Made by a program: the position numbers and the translations under genes. A stretch of DNA of 64,000 bases from an uncultured Acidobacteriaceae bacterium (GTDB lineage: Bacteria; Acidobacteriota; Terriglobia; Terriglobales; Acidobacteriaceae). The notes beneath the pieces were generated by a model. The model saw nothing but the letters and a program-made list of their open reading frames with translations. It was not told the origin of the DNA and searched no databases. Positions 29,801 through 37,402 of the stretch are shown piece after piece. Each line of letters begins with the position of its first letter. Positions within the stretch are counted from its first letter, which is position 1. The stretch covers positions 45,894 through 109,893 of the forward strand of contig CAVYDK010000014.1 of the NCBI GenBank assembly GCA_963767315.1. Direction: 5' to 3'.

Positions 29801-30110
29801 TGACGCTCTGCGACTGGCCGACCGAGAGCGCGATTCCGGTGCGGCGCTGCTGGCTGAAACCGGTGGCGTCGGCGGTGATGGTGTAGCTGCCGACCGGGAT
29901 GGACGGCGCGGCGTAGCGGCCATCAGGGCCGGTCTGGAGATGACGCTCGTTGCCCGTCTCATCGTTGTGGACGAGGACGGCGGCGTTGGCGATGGCTGCG
30001 CCGGTGGAGTCGGTAATGGTGCCGGAGATGGTGCCGCCGACGACCTGCGCGGGAGCGAGTTGCACAGCCAGGCCGAAGACCAGAATCATTCCAATCAATT
30101 TGCGTACCAT
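26898..30110 (-). CDS. TonB-dependent receptor inside the sulfate-assimilation cluster
   Basis: GTITDSTGAAI, LPLNGRSY, VHGSIYEFLRN, RQIQLGLKLLF; SD AGGAG before ATG at 30110. Confidence 0.92.
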   Translation of the reverse strand: MVRKLIGMILVFGLAVQLAPAQVVGGTISGTITDSTGAAIANAAVLVHNDETGNERHLQTGPDGRYAAPSIPVGSYTITADATGFSQQRRTGIALSVGQSQSVNLTLPLTGVVQTVTVNDESPVVNLSTQQTAGLIDAHQIKELPLNGRSYDQLITLNPATVNYTAQRSGSIGTSNSSVGNMFAVSGRRPQDNLYLLNGVEYTGASLINVTPGGTSGQLLGVEAVREFNVITDTYSAAYGKRQGAQVSIITASGTNSVHGSIYEFLRNSFFDARNYFDPARIPEFQRNNFGASLGGPIKTDKLFLFANYEGYRQNLGISNVTFVPDSNARNGLVPNATTGALSPVTLGAGVAGLLNLWPTQNGPELLSPTGLPTGIAEAFSSPTQHIREDFGTTRFDANLTPNDLLFAVYTIDDSIAHTPTQDPYSLVEENLREQVASVQEQHVFSPRLLNTARAGFSRASFFFLGSVPANIQAVTPTFLVGKPTGAVVIAGSTASNGASTITTAGVNVGSNNSTTRNLFTFDDHIYYSRGRQQIEAGGWLQLLESNDNLAQDQDGQASFASLTTFLQGTIKTFTYVPSTTELGWRSTFVDGYVEDTIKTFPNLELRAGLRTESTDGWNASHGRAPVYGFTSGIINSTPTTGSSSLTTNRAKFLPEPRLGLSYDPFSTGKTVLRASFGLHHALLDTLDYRLDQSAPFNTIYSTSGSVANPTSGASSVSPSTVQPDIATPSVFAWTLRVEQQIAPKTSLTIGYVGSHGTHHILSEDLNEPASVVQPGGIIYYPTTTKPNPALANTTSWVSQGSSSYNALEVDLHRSLANGLTFRANYTYARNLDDGSAWNTSVSANTPAFVSYPNNPALDWGPAATDIRNLASINASYDLPFGKNHLLLANARPFANAAVSGWTLSAIATLESGFPFSPQLGYNPTGSGDSRNPVRPNVNPAFTGSLYTQGTTAQKVAQYFNPAAFSAPAYGTVGNLRRDTLTGPGYNDLDLSLAKTTQLTERVRAQFRAEFFNVLNHTNLLTPAETVFSAGPTQGTAANQTSAVALSPTAGVITSAATTRQIQLGLKLLF

Positions 30111-30215
30111 GGCAGTCTCCTGTATGCAGTCCATCCGCGTTCGCCGTCCATGGGGATGGCGCCAGACCGGATGATGCATTCCGTTTGATTTTTGTTTTGT
30201 TTACCGCGTGAGAAT

Positions 30216-30335
30216 TCAACCGCGAAGGGCTGGCGCGCGAGATCGACAGGCACAACAATGCGCTCTTCCCGGCCGGCTCAGCGCGCGGGCGAAGCTTGCA
30301 AACAAGGGTGCGGAGATCGGGGTATACACGGGCAT
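30216..30335 (-). CDS. Cys-rich leader peptide upstream of the TonB receptor (...RPGRAHCCACRSRAPALRG)
   Basis: CAT TGT TGT GCC TGT CGA; stop 105 nt before the receptor ATG; start uncertain (ATG 30335, or in-frame GTG/TTG downstream). Confidence 0.6.
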   Translation of the reverse strand: MPVYTPISAPLFASFARALSRPGRAHCCACRSRAPALRG

Positions 30336-30441
30336 CCTGGACTCGGTGGACCTACGAAGTGCGTTTGTATGGGGAAAGACAAAATCGCGGACAGGCCAGC
30401 GGGCGCTAGCGCAGACAGCAACAACACGCGAATTTGATAAA

Positions 30442-30466
30442 GAAGTTTTGCATCTGAAAAAACTTC
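30442..30466. promoter_or_regulatory. inverted repeat in the divergent promoter region
   Basis: GAAGTTTT-N9-AAAACTTC. Confidence 0.4.
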
Positions 30467-30544
30467 CTGACTGGCACAGTCTAGCGAAGATTGGAATTCC
30501 TGTCCAGCGACCCGCCGATTTTTTTTTTGCGCGCCGCGGGCAAC

Positions 30545-30573
30545 TTGACTTTCGCCCGGGCTGCACCTACTGT
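30545..30573 (+). promoter_or_regulatory. sigma70-type promoter predicting a leaderless transcript
   Basis: TTGACT-17 bp-TACTGT, then 6 nt to the ATG at 30580. Confidence 0.75.
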
Positions 30574-30579
30574 CTACTT

Positions 30580-30633
30580 ATGGAAGGTCAGCTCTGTTGT
30601 CGCCGCTGTTCACAGCCTCGCGCGGACAGATGA
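30580..30633 (+). CDS. Cys-rich leader peptide upstream of sir (MEGQLCCRRCSQPRADR)
   Basis: 17 codons, 3 Cys all TGT, ATG at the predicted +1, ends 94 nt before sir. Confidence 0.78.
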   Translation: MEGQLCCRRCSQPRADR

Positions 30634-30673
30634 CCTGGGTCTAAAGTTCAGATCGAAATCCCGGTTTTCAGAT

Positions 30674-30711
30674 ACCCGCGAAGCAGCCGTTGCTGTCGCG
30701 GGTTTTCTGTT
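30674..30711 (+). terminator. attenuator-like intrinsic terminator between the leader and sir
   Basis: ACCCGCGA-AG-CAGC-CGTT-GCTG-TCGCGGGT followed by TTTCTGTT. Confidence 0.65.
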
Positions 30712-30727
30712 CCAGGCGAGGGATAAT

Positions 30728-32425
30728 ATGACGGAAGCAATCCAGAAGAAAGAGACCAAGGCGCAACAGGCGGAACGCTTGAAGCGCGAAAAGAACCCCT
30801 GGGAAGCCTTCGATGAGGTGCGCGCCTTTGCGCGCCAGGGCCGCGCCAGCGTGTTGCCCGACTGGGCTTCCAGTTATTTCAAATGGTGGGGCGTCTACAC
30901 CCAGGGCGACGGCGTGGGAGCTACCGGCGGCAAAGGCGGCGAGGGCCTGGCCTCTGAATTCTTCATGATGCGCATCGGCATTCCCAACGGCATCGTCACC
31001 GCCGGCCAGCTTCGCGTCATCGGCGGATTGGCGCGCAAATACGCCCGCAACCTTGCCGACATCACCGTGCGCCAGAATATTCAGCTTCACTGGCTTACCA
31101 TCGAGTCGCTCCCCGAGGTTGTGGATGCGCTGGACGCCATCGGGCTTTCGCCCAAGGGGGCCTGCGGCGATGTGGTGCGCAATGTGACCGGCTGCCCGCT
31201 GGCCGGAGTCGCCGCCGATGAGTTGATCGACGCCTCCCCGCTCGCCCTGCAGATCGCGCGCCTGCTGACGGCGAATCCGGAGTTCTACAACCTGCCGCGC
31301 AAATTCAAAATCTCCGTCACCGGCTGCCCCTCCTGGTGCACACACCCGGAGATCAACGACATTGCCCTCACTGCAACCGAAAACAACGGCCAGATCGGTT
31401 ACTCGCTGCGCGTCGGCGGCGGCCTCTCCAAGGAACCGCATCTTGCCGTTCGTCTCAATGCCTTCATTCTCCCCGATCAGGCGGTCCGCGTTGCGCGCGC
31501 CATAGCTGAAATCTTTCGCGATCAGCAGGGCCTACGGGAAAACCGCAGCCAGGCCCGCATGAAGTATCTCTTTCTGAAAGAAGGCTGGACCGCCGAGAGT
31601 TTTCTTGCAGAACTGCAGTCGCGACTCGACTTCACGCTGTTGCCCGGCGTGCCCGAGCAGGTTCCCGAGGACATCTTCCGCGACCATGCGGGCATTCATC
31701 CGCAGCGCCAGCCCGGCTTGAGCTACGTTGGTGCATCGGTCCTGCGCGGCCGGATGAGCGGCGAGCAGTTGGAAGCCGCCGCCGAACTTGCCGAGCGCTT
31801 CGGAAGCGGAGCGTTGCGCGCAACTGTCTCGCAAAACCTGCTCTTCATCGACATTCCCAACCGCAAGACAGCCGAATTAGCGCGGGAACTTGGGCAGATC
31901 GGCCTTCATGTCGATGGTTCGTCTTTTTGGCGCGGCGCGGTCGCCTGCACCGGCACTGAGTTTTGCAAGCTGGCCATCACGGAAACCAAGGGCTTTACAC
32001 GCTGGATCGTGGATGAGCTCGAAGAGCGGCTGCCCGCGTTCGACCAGCAGCTCCGGCTGCACGTCACCGGCTGCCCCAATAGCTGCGGACAGCACTGGAT
32101 CGCCGACATCGGCATCGAGGGCAAAAAAATCAAGCACGAGGGCAAGCTCACCGACGCTTATTACTTCTGCCTCGGCGGAGCGGTGGGCCGGCACGCTTCC
32201 ATCGCGCGCCCGGTAGGCTATCGCTGCCCCGCGCCGCTGGTGCCTGAAGCGATCGAGCGTCTGCTCCGCCACTACCTCGCCAGCCGCCTGCCTGAAGAGA
32301 ACCTGCGCACCTGGTTCTTGCGCCACACGAACGATGAGCTGCGCGCCGATTTGGCGGGTGAGGTTTTGCCGCCGGTCGAGCGCGACCTGCCCGCGGGCCG
32401 CGTGCCCCACGGCATCGCCGATTGA
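30728..32425 (+). CDS. sir: nitrite/sulfite reductase (siroheme, ferredoxin-type), likely sulfite reductase
   Basis: ACGDVVRNV, NLPRKFKI, ACTGTEFCKLA...VTGCPNSCGQH siroheme/Fe-S motif; cys context. Confidence 0.9.
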   Translation: MTEAIQKKETKAQQAERLKREKNPWEAFDEVRAFARQGRASVLPDWASSYFKWWGVYTQGDGVGATGGKGGEGLASEFFMMRIGIPNGIVTAGQLRVIGGLARKYARNLADITVRQNIQLHWLTIESLPEVVDALDAIGLSPKGACGDVVRNVTGCPLAGVAADELIDASPLALQIARLLTANPEFYNLPRKFKISVTGCPSWCTHPEINDIALTATENNGQIGYSLRVGGGLSKEPHLAVRLNAFILPDQAVRVARAIAEIFRDQQGLRENRSQARMKYLFLKEGWTAESFLAELQSRLDFTLLPGVPEQVPEDIFRDHAGIHPQRQPGLSYVGASVLRGRMSGEQLEAAAELAERFGSGALRATVSQNLLFIDIPNRKTAELARELGQIGLHVDGSSFWRGAVACTGTEFCKLAITETKGFTRWIVDELEERLPAFDQQLRLHVTGCPNSCGQHWIADIGIEGKKIKHEGKLTDAYYFCLGGAVGRHASIARPVGYRCPAPLVPEAIERLLRHYLASRLPEENLRTWFLRHTNDELRADLAGEVLPPVERDLPAGRVPHGIAD

Positions 32426-32435
32426 GGATCAAGCC

Positions 32436-33884
32436 ATGAGCCTGTTGCCGGTCTTTCTCAAACTCGATGGTCGCCCCGGCCTGCTGGTGGGCGCGGGAGC
32501 TGTCGCCCTGGAAAAAATCGGCAGCCTGCTCAAGACAGGGCTGCGGCTCCGCGTTGTCGCTCCCAATGCAGTGCCTGAAGTACGGCAACTCGCTATCGAA
32601 GGCCGGCTCGAATGGATCGAGCGCCCTTTCGAATTCTCCGACCTCGATGGCAACTTCCTGGTCATCGCCGCCACCGATTCTGCCGAGGTCAATGCAGCCG
32701 TCTACCAGCGCGCGCGCGCGCGCGGCATTCTGGCCAACAGCGTGGACGACCCTCCCCACTGCGATTTCTATTTCGGCTCCGTGGTCAGTCGCGGCGAATT
32801 GCAAATTGCCATCTCGACGGCCGGAGAGAGTCCTGCCGTCGCGCAGCGTCTGCGCCGCGAGATCGACGAGCAGTTGCCGGAAGACCTCGGCCGCTGGCTT
32901 GAAGATATGGGTAGGTTGCGCCGCGAAGTGTTGGCAAAGCAACCGCGCGGCGAGTCGCGCAGGCGGATGCTGCATCAATTGGCGCAGCGTCCGGTGTGCG
33001 AAGCGGCGTCCTGCCCCTCGCGCCAATTGGCCCTCGCGCCGTTAAAAAACGAGAACGCCAATTCAGCAGGAACGGTCTATCTGGTGGGGGCCGGTCCGGG
33101 AGATCCAGATTTGCTCACTCTCAAGGCGCTGCGCCTCATTCAGTCAGCCGACCTCATCCTCCACGACGACCTTGTTCCGCAGGCAATTCTTCACCTCGCG
33201 CCGTCCGACGCCGAAATCATCAATGTGGGCAAGCGCTGCGGCGTGAAGAGCATCTCGCAGGAGCAGATCAACGCGCTGATGGTGGCGAGCGCCCGCGCTC
33301 GTCGCACTGTGCTGCGCCTCAAGAGCGGCGATCCGCTGATCTTCAGTCGTGCCAGCGAGGAGATCGCCGCGCTCACGGAATCCGGCGTGCCCTTTGAGAT
33401 CGTCCCCGGCCTCTCTGCCGCTTTTGCCGCAGCCGCGGCCATCGGCTGCCCGCTTTCCAGCCGCAACAGCGCATCGAATGTGATCTTCTCCACCGGCCAT
33501 CACGCCCAGTCTCACAATTGCGCGCCGCTGCCGCAACTGGAAGACGCAACCCGCGTGGTTTATATGCCCGGCCGCGATCTGAGTTTGCTGGCGGAACAAT
33601 GGCTCGACGAAGGCCTGCCCCCCGAATTCCCCTGCGCCGTCGTCTCGCAAGCCTCTCAGCCCGGCCAGCAGCTTCGCTGCACTACGCTCGCCGCACTCGG
33701 CAACGCCGAGCCGTTTGACGCGCCGAGTCTGCTGATCGCCGGCTGGGCGCTTCGAGAGTCCTCTGCCGCATTCCAGCACCTCGCCAAAACTACATCCGAG
33801 CGAAATGGAGAGCTTTCTCGGTCGGAAACTCCTGCACCGAAAACGTCTTTTGTCTCTGCTTCTGGTCCGGCACCTTCCCGGTAG
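32436..33884 (+). CDS. cysG: siroheme synthase (dehydrogenase/ferrochelatase + uroporphyrinogen-III methylase)
   Basis: LLPVFLKL, NSVDDPPHCDFYF, VYLVGAGPGDPDLLT, RLKSGDPLIF; last ~35 aa derive from IS-end/integrase DNA. Confidence 0.93.
   Translation: MSLLPVFLKLDGRPGLLVGAGAVALEKIGSLLKTGLRLRVVAPNAVPEVRQLAIEGRLEWIERPFEFSDLDGNFLVIAATDSAEVNAAVYQRARARGILANSVDDPPHCDFYFGSVVSRGELQIAISTAGESPAVAQRLRREIDEQLPEDLGRWLEDMGRLRREVLAKQPRGESRRRMLHQLAQRPVCEAASCPSRQLALAPLKNENANSAGTVYLVGAGPGDPDLLTLKALRLIQSADLILHDDLVPQAILHLAPSDAEIINVGKRCGVKSISQEQINALMVASARARRTVLRLKSGDPLIFSRASEEIAALTESGVPFEIVPGLSAAFAAAAAIGCPLSSRNSASNVIFSTGHHAQSHNCAPLPQLEDATRVVYMPGRDLSLLAEQWLDEGLPPEFPCAVVSQASQPGQQLRCTTLAALGNAEPFDAPSLLIAGWALRESSAAFQHLAKTTSERNGELSRSETPAPKTSFVSASGPAPSR
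33776..33800. mobile_element. isolated IS481-like right-end remnant
   Basis: CCTCGCCAAAACTACATCCGAG matches CCTCGCCAAAATTCAATCCGGG (272-294 region) at 18/22. Confidence 0.5.
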
Positions 33885-33955
33885 TGCCACTCCCAAGCAG
33901 TTGCGTTGCGTCTTTTGACCTTTCGGATTGTTCCCATCTGGTATCTTGAAGGCAT
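33806..33955 (-). pseudogene. tyrosine integrase N-terminal (arm-binding) remnant
   Basis: MPSRYQMGTIRKVKRRNATAWEWHYR, then after a frameshift KQRQKTFSVQEFPTEKAL, resembling acidobacterial phage-integrase N-termini. Confidence 0.6.
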
Positions 33956-34033
33956 GGCTTTCTCGCGAACCTCCCCGCGTGTAATAGCAATTCTGTATAC
34001 TATCTTCGGGGTTTGTGGGGCTGGTCATTTTAC

Positions 34034-34046
34034 TAAGTTGTTGATA
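34034..34046. promoter_or_regulatory. IHF-type binding site
   Basis: TAAGTTGTTGATA fits YAANNNNTTGATW exactly; lies between the integrase remnant and tRNA-Arg. Confidence 0.55.
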
Positions 34047-34054
34047 CCAAAGAT

Positions 34055-34131
34055 GCGCCCGTAGCTCAGCTGGATAGAGCGGCAGCCTCCGAAGCTGTAG
34101 GCCAGAAGTTCGAATCTTCTCGGGCGCACCA
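34055..34131 (+). tRNA. tRNA-Arg(CCG)
   Basis: GCGCCCGTAGCTCAGCTGGATAGAGC...CTCCGAA...GTTCGAATC...CGGGCGCACCA. Confidence 0.97.
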
Positions 34132-34322
34132 TCCATTTTCCCGCCACGCCCTTCCCTATCTTCCGCCGCTCTCGTCCCAATCTTTCCGCCCCAATCTCTC
34201 CTGCGAGGAACGCCCCCAACCGGCCGGCCGATCGGCGAGTGGGCACAAAGCGACCTTCCGGGGATGTTTTGAAATGTGGCGGTGGATGGAGTCTTCAGCG
34301 AACCGTTCTCCGGGCCAAATAC

Positions 34323-34350
34323 CTGCTAACAGAGAAATTTACAGGGAATT
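34323..34350 (+). repeat. 28-bp direct repeat, copy 1 (island-end-like)
   Basis: CTGCTAACAGAGAAATTTACAGGGAATT; 24/28 identical to 47797-47824. Confidence 0.7.
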
Positions 34351-34567
34351 GGATCCCGATGTGGACACAAGACCATGGGATCTCGCTCGGTGGTATAGCC
34401 TAGGTCACTATATCTATAAAGCTGACTAAACAGGCTCTTTAAACCAGCCGAAGACTAACACTCACGTTGGTTCAGAAATACCGGGCTGATTAGCAACCTT
34501 GGCCTCAAACTCGTCGTTGAGGCGATACCGTCTGGTCTTTTTCGAAGCATCGGTGACGACCAGGAAG

Positions 34568-35109
34568 TCAGCCGCAAGGGACGGCAACCTTGGAGAAACA
34601 GGAGCAAAATCCACCCTCAATCGTTGAATTGTGGATGCGGCTTGGGGGTCCAAGCCGCGACCCGACGCTTTGCTTCGGCAATCTGATCCGGGTCATCTGA
34701 GGCAGAAACGGCGTGATTCTCTGGGAGCATCCTGCGTTGCCATTCTGTGCAGCCAGCGTCATCCATTCATAGGCTGCGACGTTATCCTTGGCTACGCCAT
34801 TGCCATCGGCGAAGAGCGTGCCCAGCAGACACTGCCCGTCGGCGATGCCCTGGCCGGCGGCGATCTGCAAATACTTCGCGGCGGCAACATGGTCAGGCGG
34901 CCCGCTGAGTCCGGGAGCGAGCCTCTCGCAGATGATTTCCAGGTTGTACGCCGCGTCGCCGTGGCCCTTCCATACCAGCACCTGGGCGCGTCCAGCGATT
35001 TCGCAGGAAATGCGGTTTGCGCGGAATACATGACTGTAGCAGTTGCGAGCACGAGGCCCAACAGAGCAAGCGCCGATTTCGTCTTCATCTGGAATCTCCT
35101 CTTCGGCAC
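34568..35109 (-). pseudogene. Sel1-repeat secreted protein, frameshifted
   Basis: Signal peptide MKTKSALALLGL in one frame; AAGQGIADGQCLLGTLFADGNGVAKDNVAAYEW in another. Confidence 0.7.
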
Positions 35110-35185
35110 TAATTCGCATGAATTGTACCGTTCCTGCGGGGTTTTGCACGACCAATGCTCATCCTTCCATGGACCATATGCCGGA

Positions 35186-35620
35186 TTAGGGTCTGCTCAA
35201 CACCGCAGTCTTGTTATGTATTGCCTGCGTTCGTGCCGCGAACGCCCAGTGATTTCCCATACAAAAGTTGACAATGGAGCAGCACAGAATCGCGATACTG
35301 TTCGAAACGAGCAGGGGGATGTGTGCTTCATGGACTAGGATTCGCATCAACAGCAGATTTCCCAGCAGGGAGACCAAACCACTGGAAAGATGAAACCGAA
35401 TGAATTGCGTGAGCAGTGCGGCGCGGTCGCGGCGGTCGCGCCACGTGTAGTGCAGGTGCCATACAAAATTGTGTACAAGCGCAAGCTCAATGGCCGCAGC
35501 TGTGGCATAGAGATAGTGGCCCGCCGAAACCCGATTGAAGAGAGCGAGCGCGGCAAGCTGCACCACCATCCCCATGGCTCCCACCAGATTGAACTTCCAA
35601 TAGCGGGCAAAAGTGTTCAT
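35186..35620 (-). CDS. GtrA family membrane protein
   Basis: KFNLVGAMG...HNFVWHLHYTW...IVNFCMGNHWAF; ATGA overlap with the upstream gene. Confidence 0.88.
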   Translation of the reverse strand: MNTFARYWKFNLVGAMGMVVQLAALALFNRVSAGHYLYATAAAIELALVHNFVWHLHYTWRDRRDRAALLTQFIRFHLSSGLVSLLGNLLLMRILVHEAHIPLLVSNSIAILCCSIVNFCMGNHWAFAARTQAIHNKTAVLSRP

Positions 35621-36342
35621 GGCAGCGGCTCCTGCCGGTAGAGCGCTGCCGTGTGACGCAGAGTGACGCTTATCGCCATCGCAGACATGCAGACCGCTGC
35701 GATCGCACCTCCCAGATCGAAGAGCAGCATCCTGTGCCCGAACAACGTTGCGTACGGACTGCGCAGCGCTGCCAGTGTGCCGAGGATCAGCAGAATGCGA
35801 ATCTCCGTGGGGCCGAAGATGCCCTGCGATAGCTCGAAGCACGACAGCGTATAGGTGGCGAGGTAGCTCTCGCTGGAGAGGAGGAGAAACGCGATCAGCA
35901 TCGCGATCGCGGTCTGCCAGTGCAGCAGACCGGAGCAGCCGAGTCCGACCATCAACGCAATGGAGCCGAAGATATCCACCATGTGGTCCACGTAGAAGCC
36001 ATAGCGCGGCCTCTGCAGGCGGCGCACTCGGGCTAGGGTGCCATCCATGCTGTCGCCCAGCCAGTTGAGCGCGATGCACAGGACCACCAGAAGCAGCGCG
36101 TAGCGGTTGGTTCGTGAGAGCGCATAAAAGATCCCCGCCGCGATCTGAGCGCCGAGACCGAGCAGGGTGAGCTGGTCAGAGCTGAGCCACTGCGGCGCTC
36201 GCTCGGCCATCCACAGCAATGCGCGCTTCTCGATGGAAGCGCTGAGGGACTGATTGATACGGCGGGCGGTTTGAAATCCCGCAGCATTCTTTGTAGCAGT
36301 CGATCTCTCATTCATCCTTATGGTTGCCTGTGCGTTCATCAT
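35617..36342 (-). CDS. CDP-alcohol phosphatidyltransferase family protein
   Basis: DSMDGTLAR...YGFYVDHMVD signature; SD AAGGAG before ATG 36342. Confidence 0.9.
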   Translation of the reverse strand: MMNAQATIRMNERSTATKNAAGFQTARRINQSLSASIEKRALLWMAERAPQWLSSDQLTLLGLGAQIAAGIFYALSRTNRYALLLVVLCIALNWLGDSMDGTLARVRRLQRPRYGFYVDHMVDIFGSIALMVGLGCSGLLHWQTAIAMLIAFLLLSSESYLATYTLSCFELSQGIFGPTEIRILLILGTLAALRSPYATLFGHRMLLFDLGGAIAAVCMSAMAISVTLRHTAALYRQEPLP

Positions 36343-36398
36343 GGTCTCCTTTCCAATTGTTGATTTCCGTGTTGTCATCTCGTCGCTCGTCGATCGAG

Positions 36399-37244
36399 CT
36401 ATCTGCGCAGCGTGTTGCATGTGGAACGCAATGTGAACTCCAGCGACTCGCGTGGAACGCTCTCCACAAATGGCCGAACCGCCCAGCCGAGGCCGGTTGG
36501 TATGGAGCGCGTCAGCGAGACCGACTCGATCTGCATGTAAAGTCCGCCGTCCCACTCCTCGTAGCTCCAGTAGGTGTTCAGCCGCCACAGGAAGCCGTGC
36601 TCCTCGCCGGGGCTCAGCGCTCGCTCGCTGGCCGTGCCGGGCGAGTCGATCTCATCGATCCGCGTGCTCTGCGAGGTGCTGAATCCGTGCTGCGCATCGA
36701 GTCGTCCAAACGAGATGTCGTAGGCCGTATCCATCACCACCGTGATGACGTGCCGCTGGCGTACGCGCATCGTTGCCTGCAGCCGGTCTCCCTGTTGTGC
36801 CAGCACACGTGCCTGTAGCACCTGCGGAGAGAAGTGTTTCGGGTAGGCGCTGAAGTCCTTCATCAGCCGTTCGAAGTCCGACGCTTTGGCTCCAGGGGCA
36901 AACGCCGTGCCGCGCCAGTGGTGCAGCATCGCTCCGGGCAAATCCGCACCCACTGGCGGTGTCAGCTTCTCGATGATCAACTCACCCCGGCGCAGACGGT
37001 CCGCACTCTGCGGATCAGAATCCGCCGGAGCCAGGAAAGCACTCTGCGATCGATGCTGCTGCACGAGGCGCGTCTCAACCGCACGCGTATACGAGTTGAA
37101 GGCTGCAACGGCTGCCGGTGTGGGCCCTGCAGCAACGCAGTCGGGAGCAGTGACGAAGAGGAATAGTCCGCAGAGAAGAGAGAAGGTTCGGGAGCGTGTG
37201 GATTGGAAGCGCGTCACGGGTACTCCTCGTTTCATAAAATGCAC
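36399..37244 (-). CDS. secreted conserved hypothetical protein, possibly START/SRPBCC-like fold
   Basis: Signal peptide; HHWRGTAF, FLWRLNTYW, ESVSLTR, PRESLEFTL; fold call is a guess. Confidence 0.7.
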   Translation of the reverse strand: MHFMKRGVPVTRFQSTRSRTFSLLCGLFLFVTAPDCVAAGPTPAAVAAFNSYTRAVETRLVQQHRSQSAFLAPADSDPQSADRLRRGELIIEKLTPPVGADLPGAMLHHWRGTAFAPGAKASDFERLMKDFSAYPKHFSPQVLQARVLAQQGDRLQATMRVRQRHVITVVMDTAYDISFGRLDAQHGFSTSQSTRIDEIDSPGTASERALSPGEEHGFLWRLNTYWSYEEWDGGLYMQIESVSLTRSIPTGLGWAVRPFVESVPRESLEFTLRSTCNTLRR

Positions 37245-37402
37245 AATGCTCCGCCCCGGCCTCCCAGATCAATGCATGGGACCTCACCCGTTGGAGTTTG
37301 TTTCTCACACTGCAAGGGATTGCAGTAATTAGACTTTCTGAAAGTTATCGCTTCGGCGACAGGTACAGATTGAACGCGTGATCGGATACACTGGCACATA
37401 AC

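Noticed and set aside
30519-30528. Poly-T tract as a phase-variation switch
   Set aside because: Intergenic and upstream of the -35, so it alters neither spacing nor frame; no evidence of length variation from a single sequence.
26263-30727. SAM or other riboswitch upstream of the cys genes
   Set aside because: I could not find SAM-I core elements (ATC..GAG, GCAACC, GTGC) in order in any of the three leaders; an Rfam scan would be decisive.
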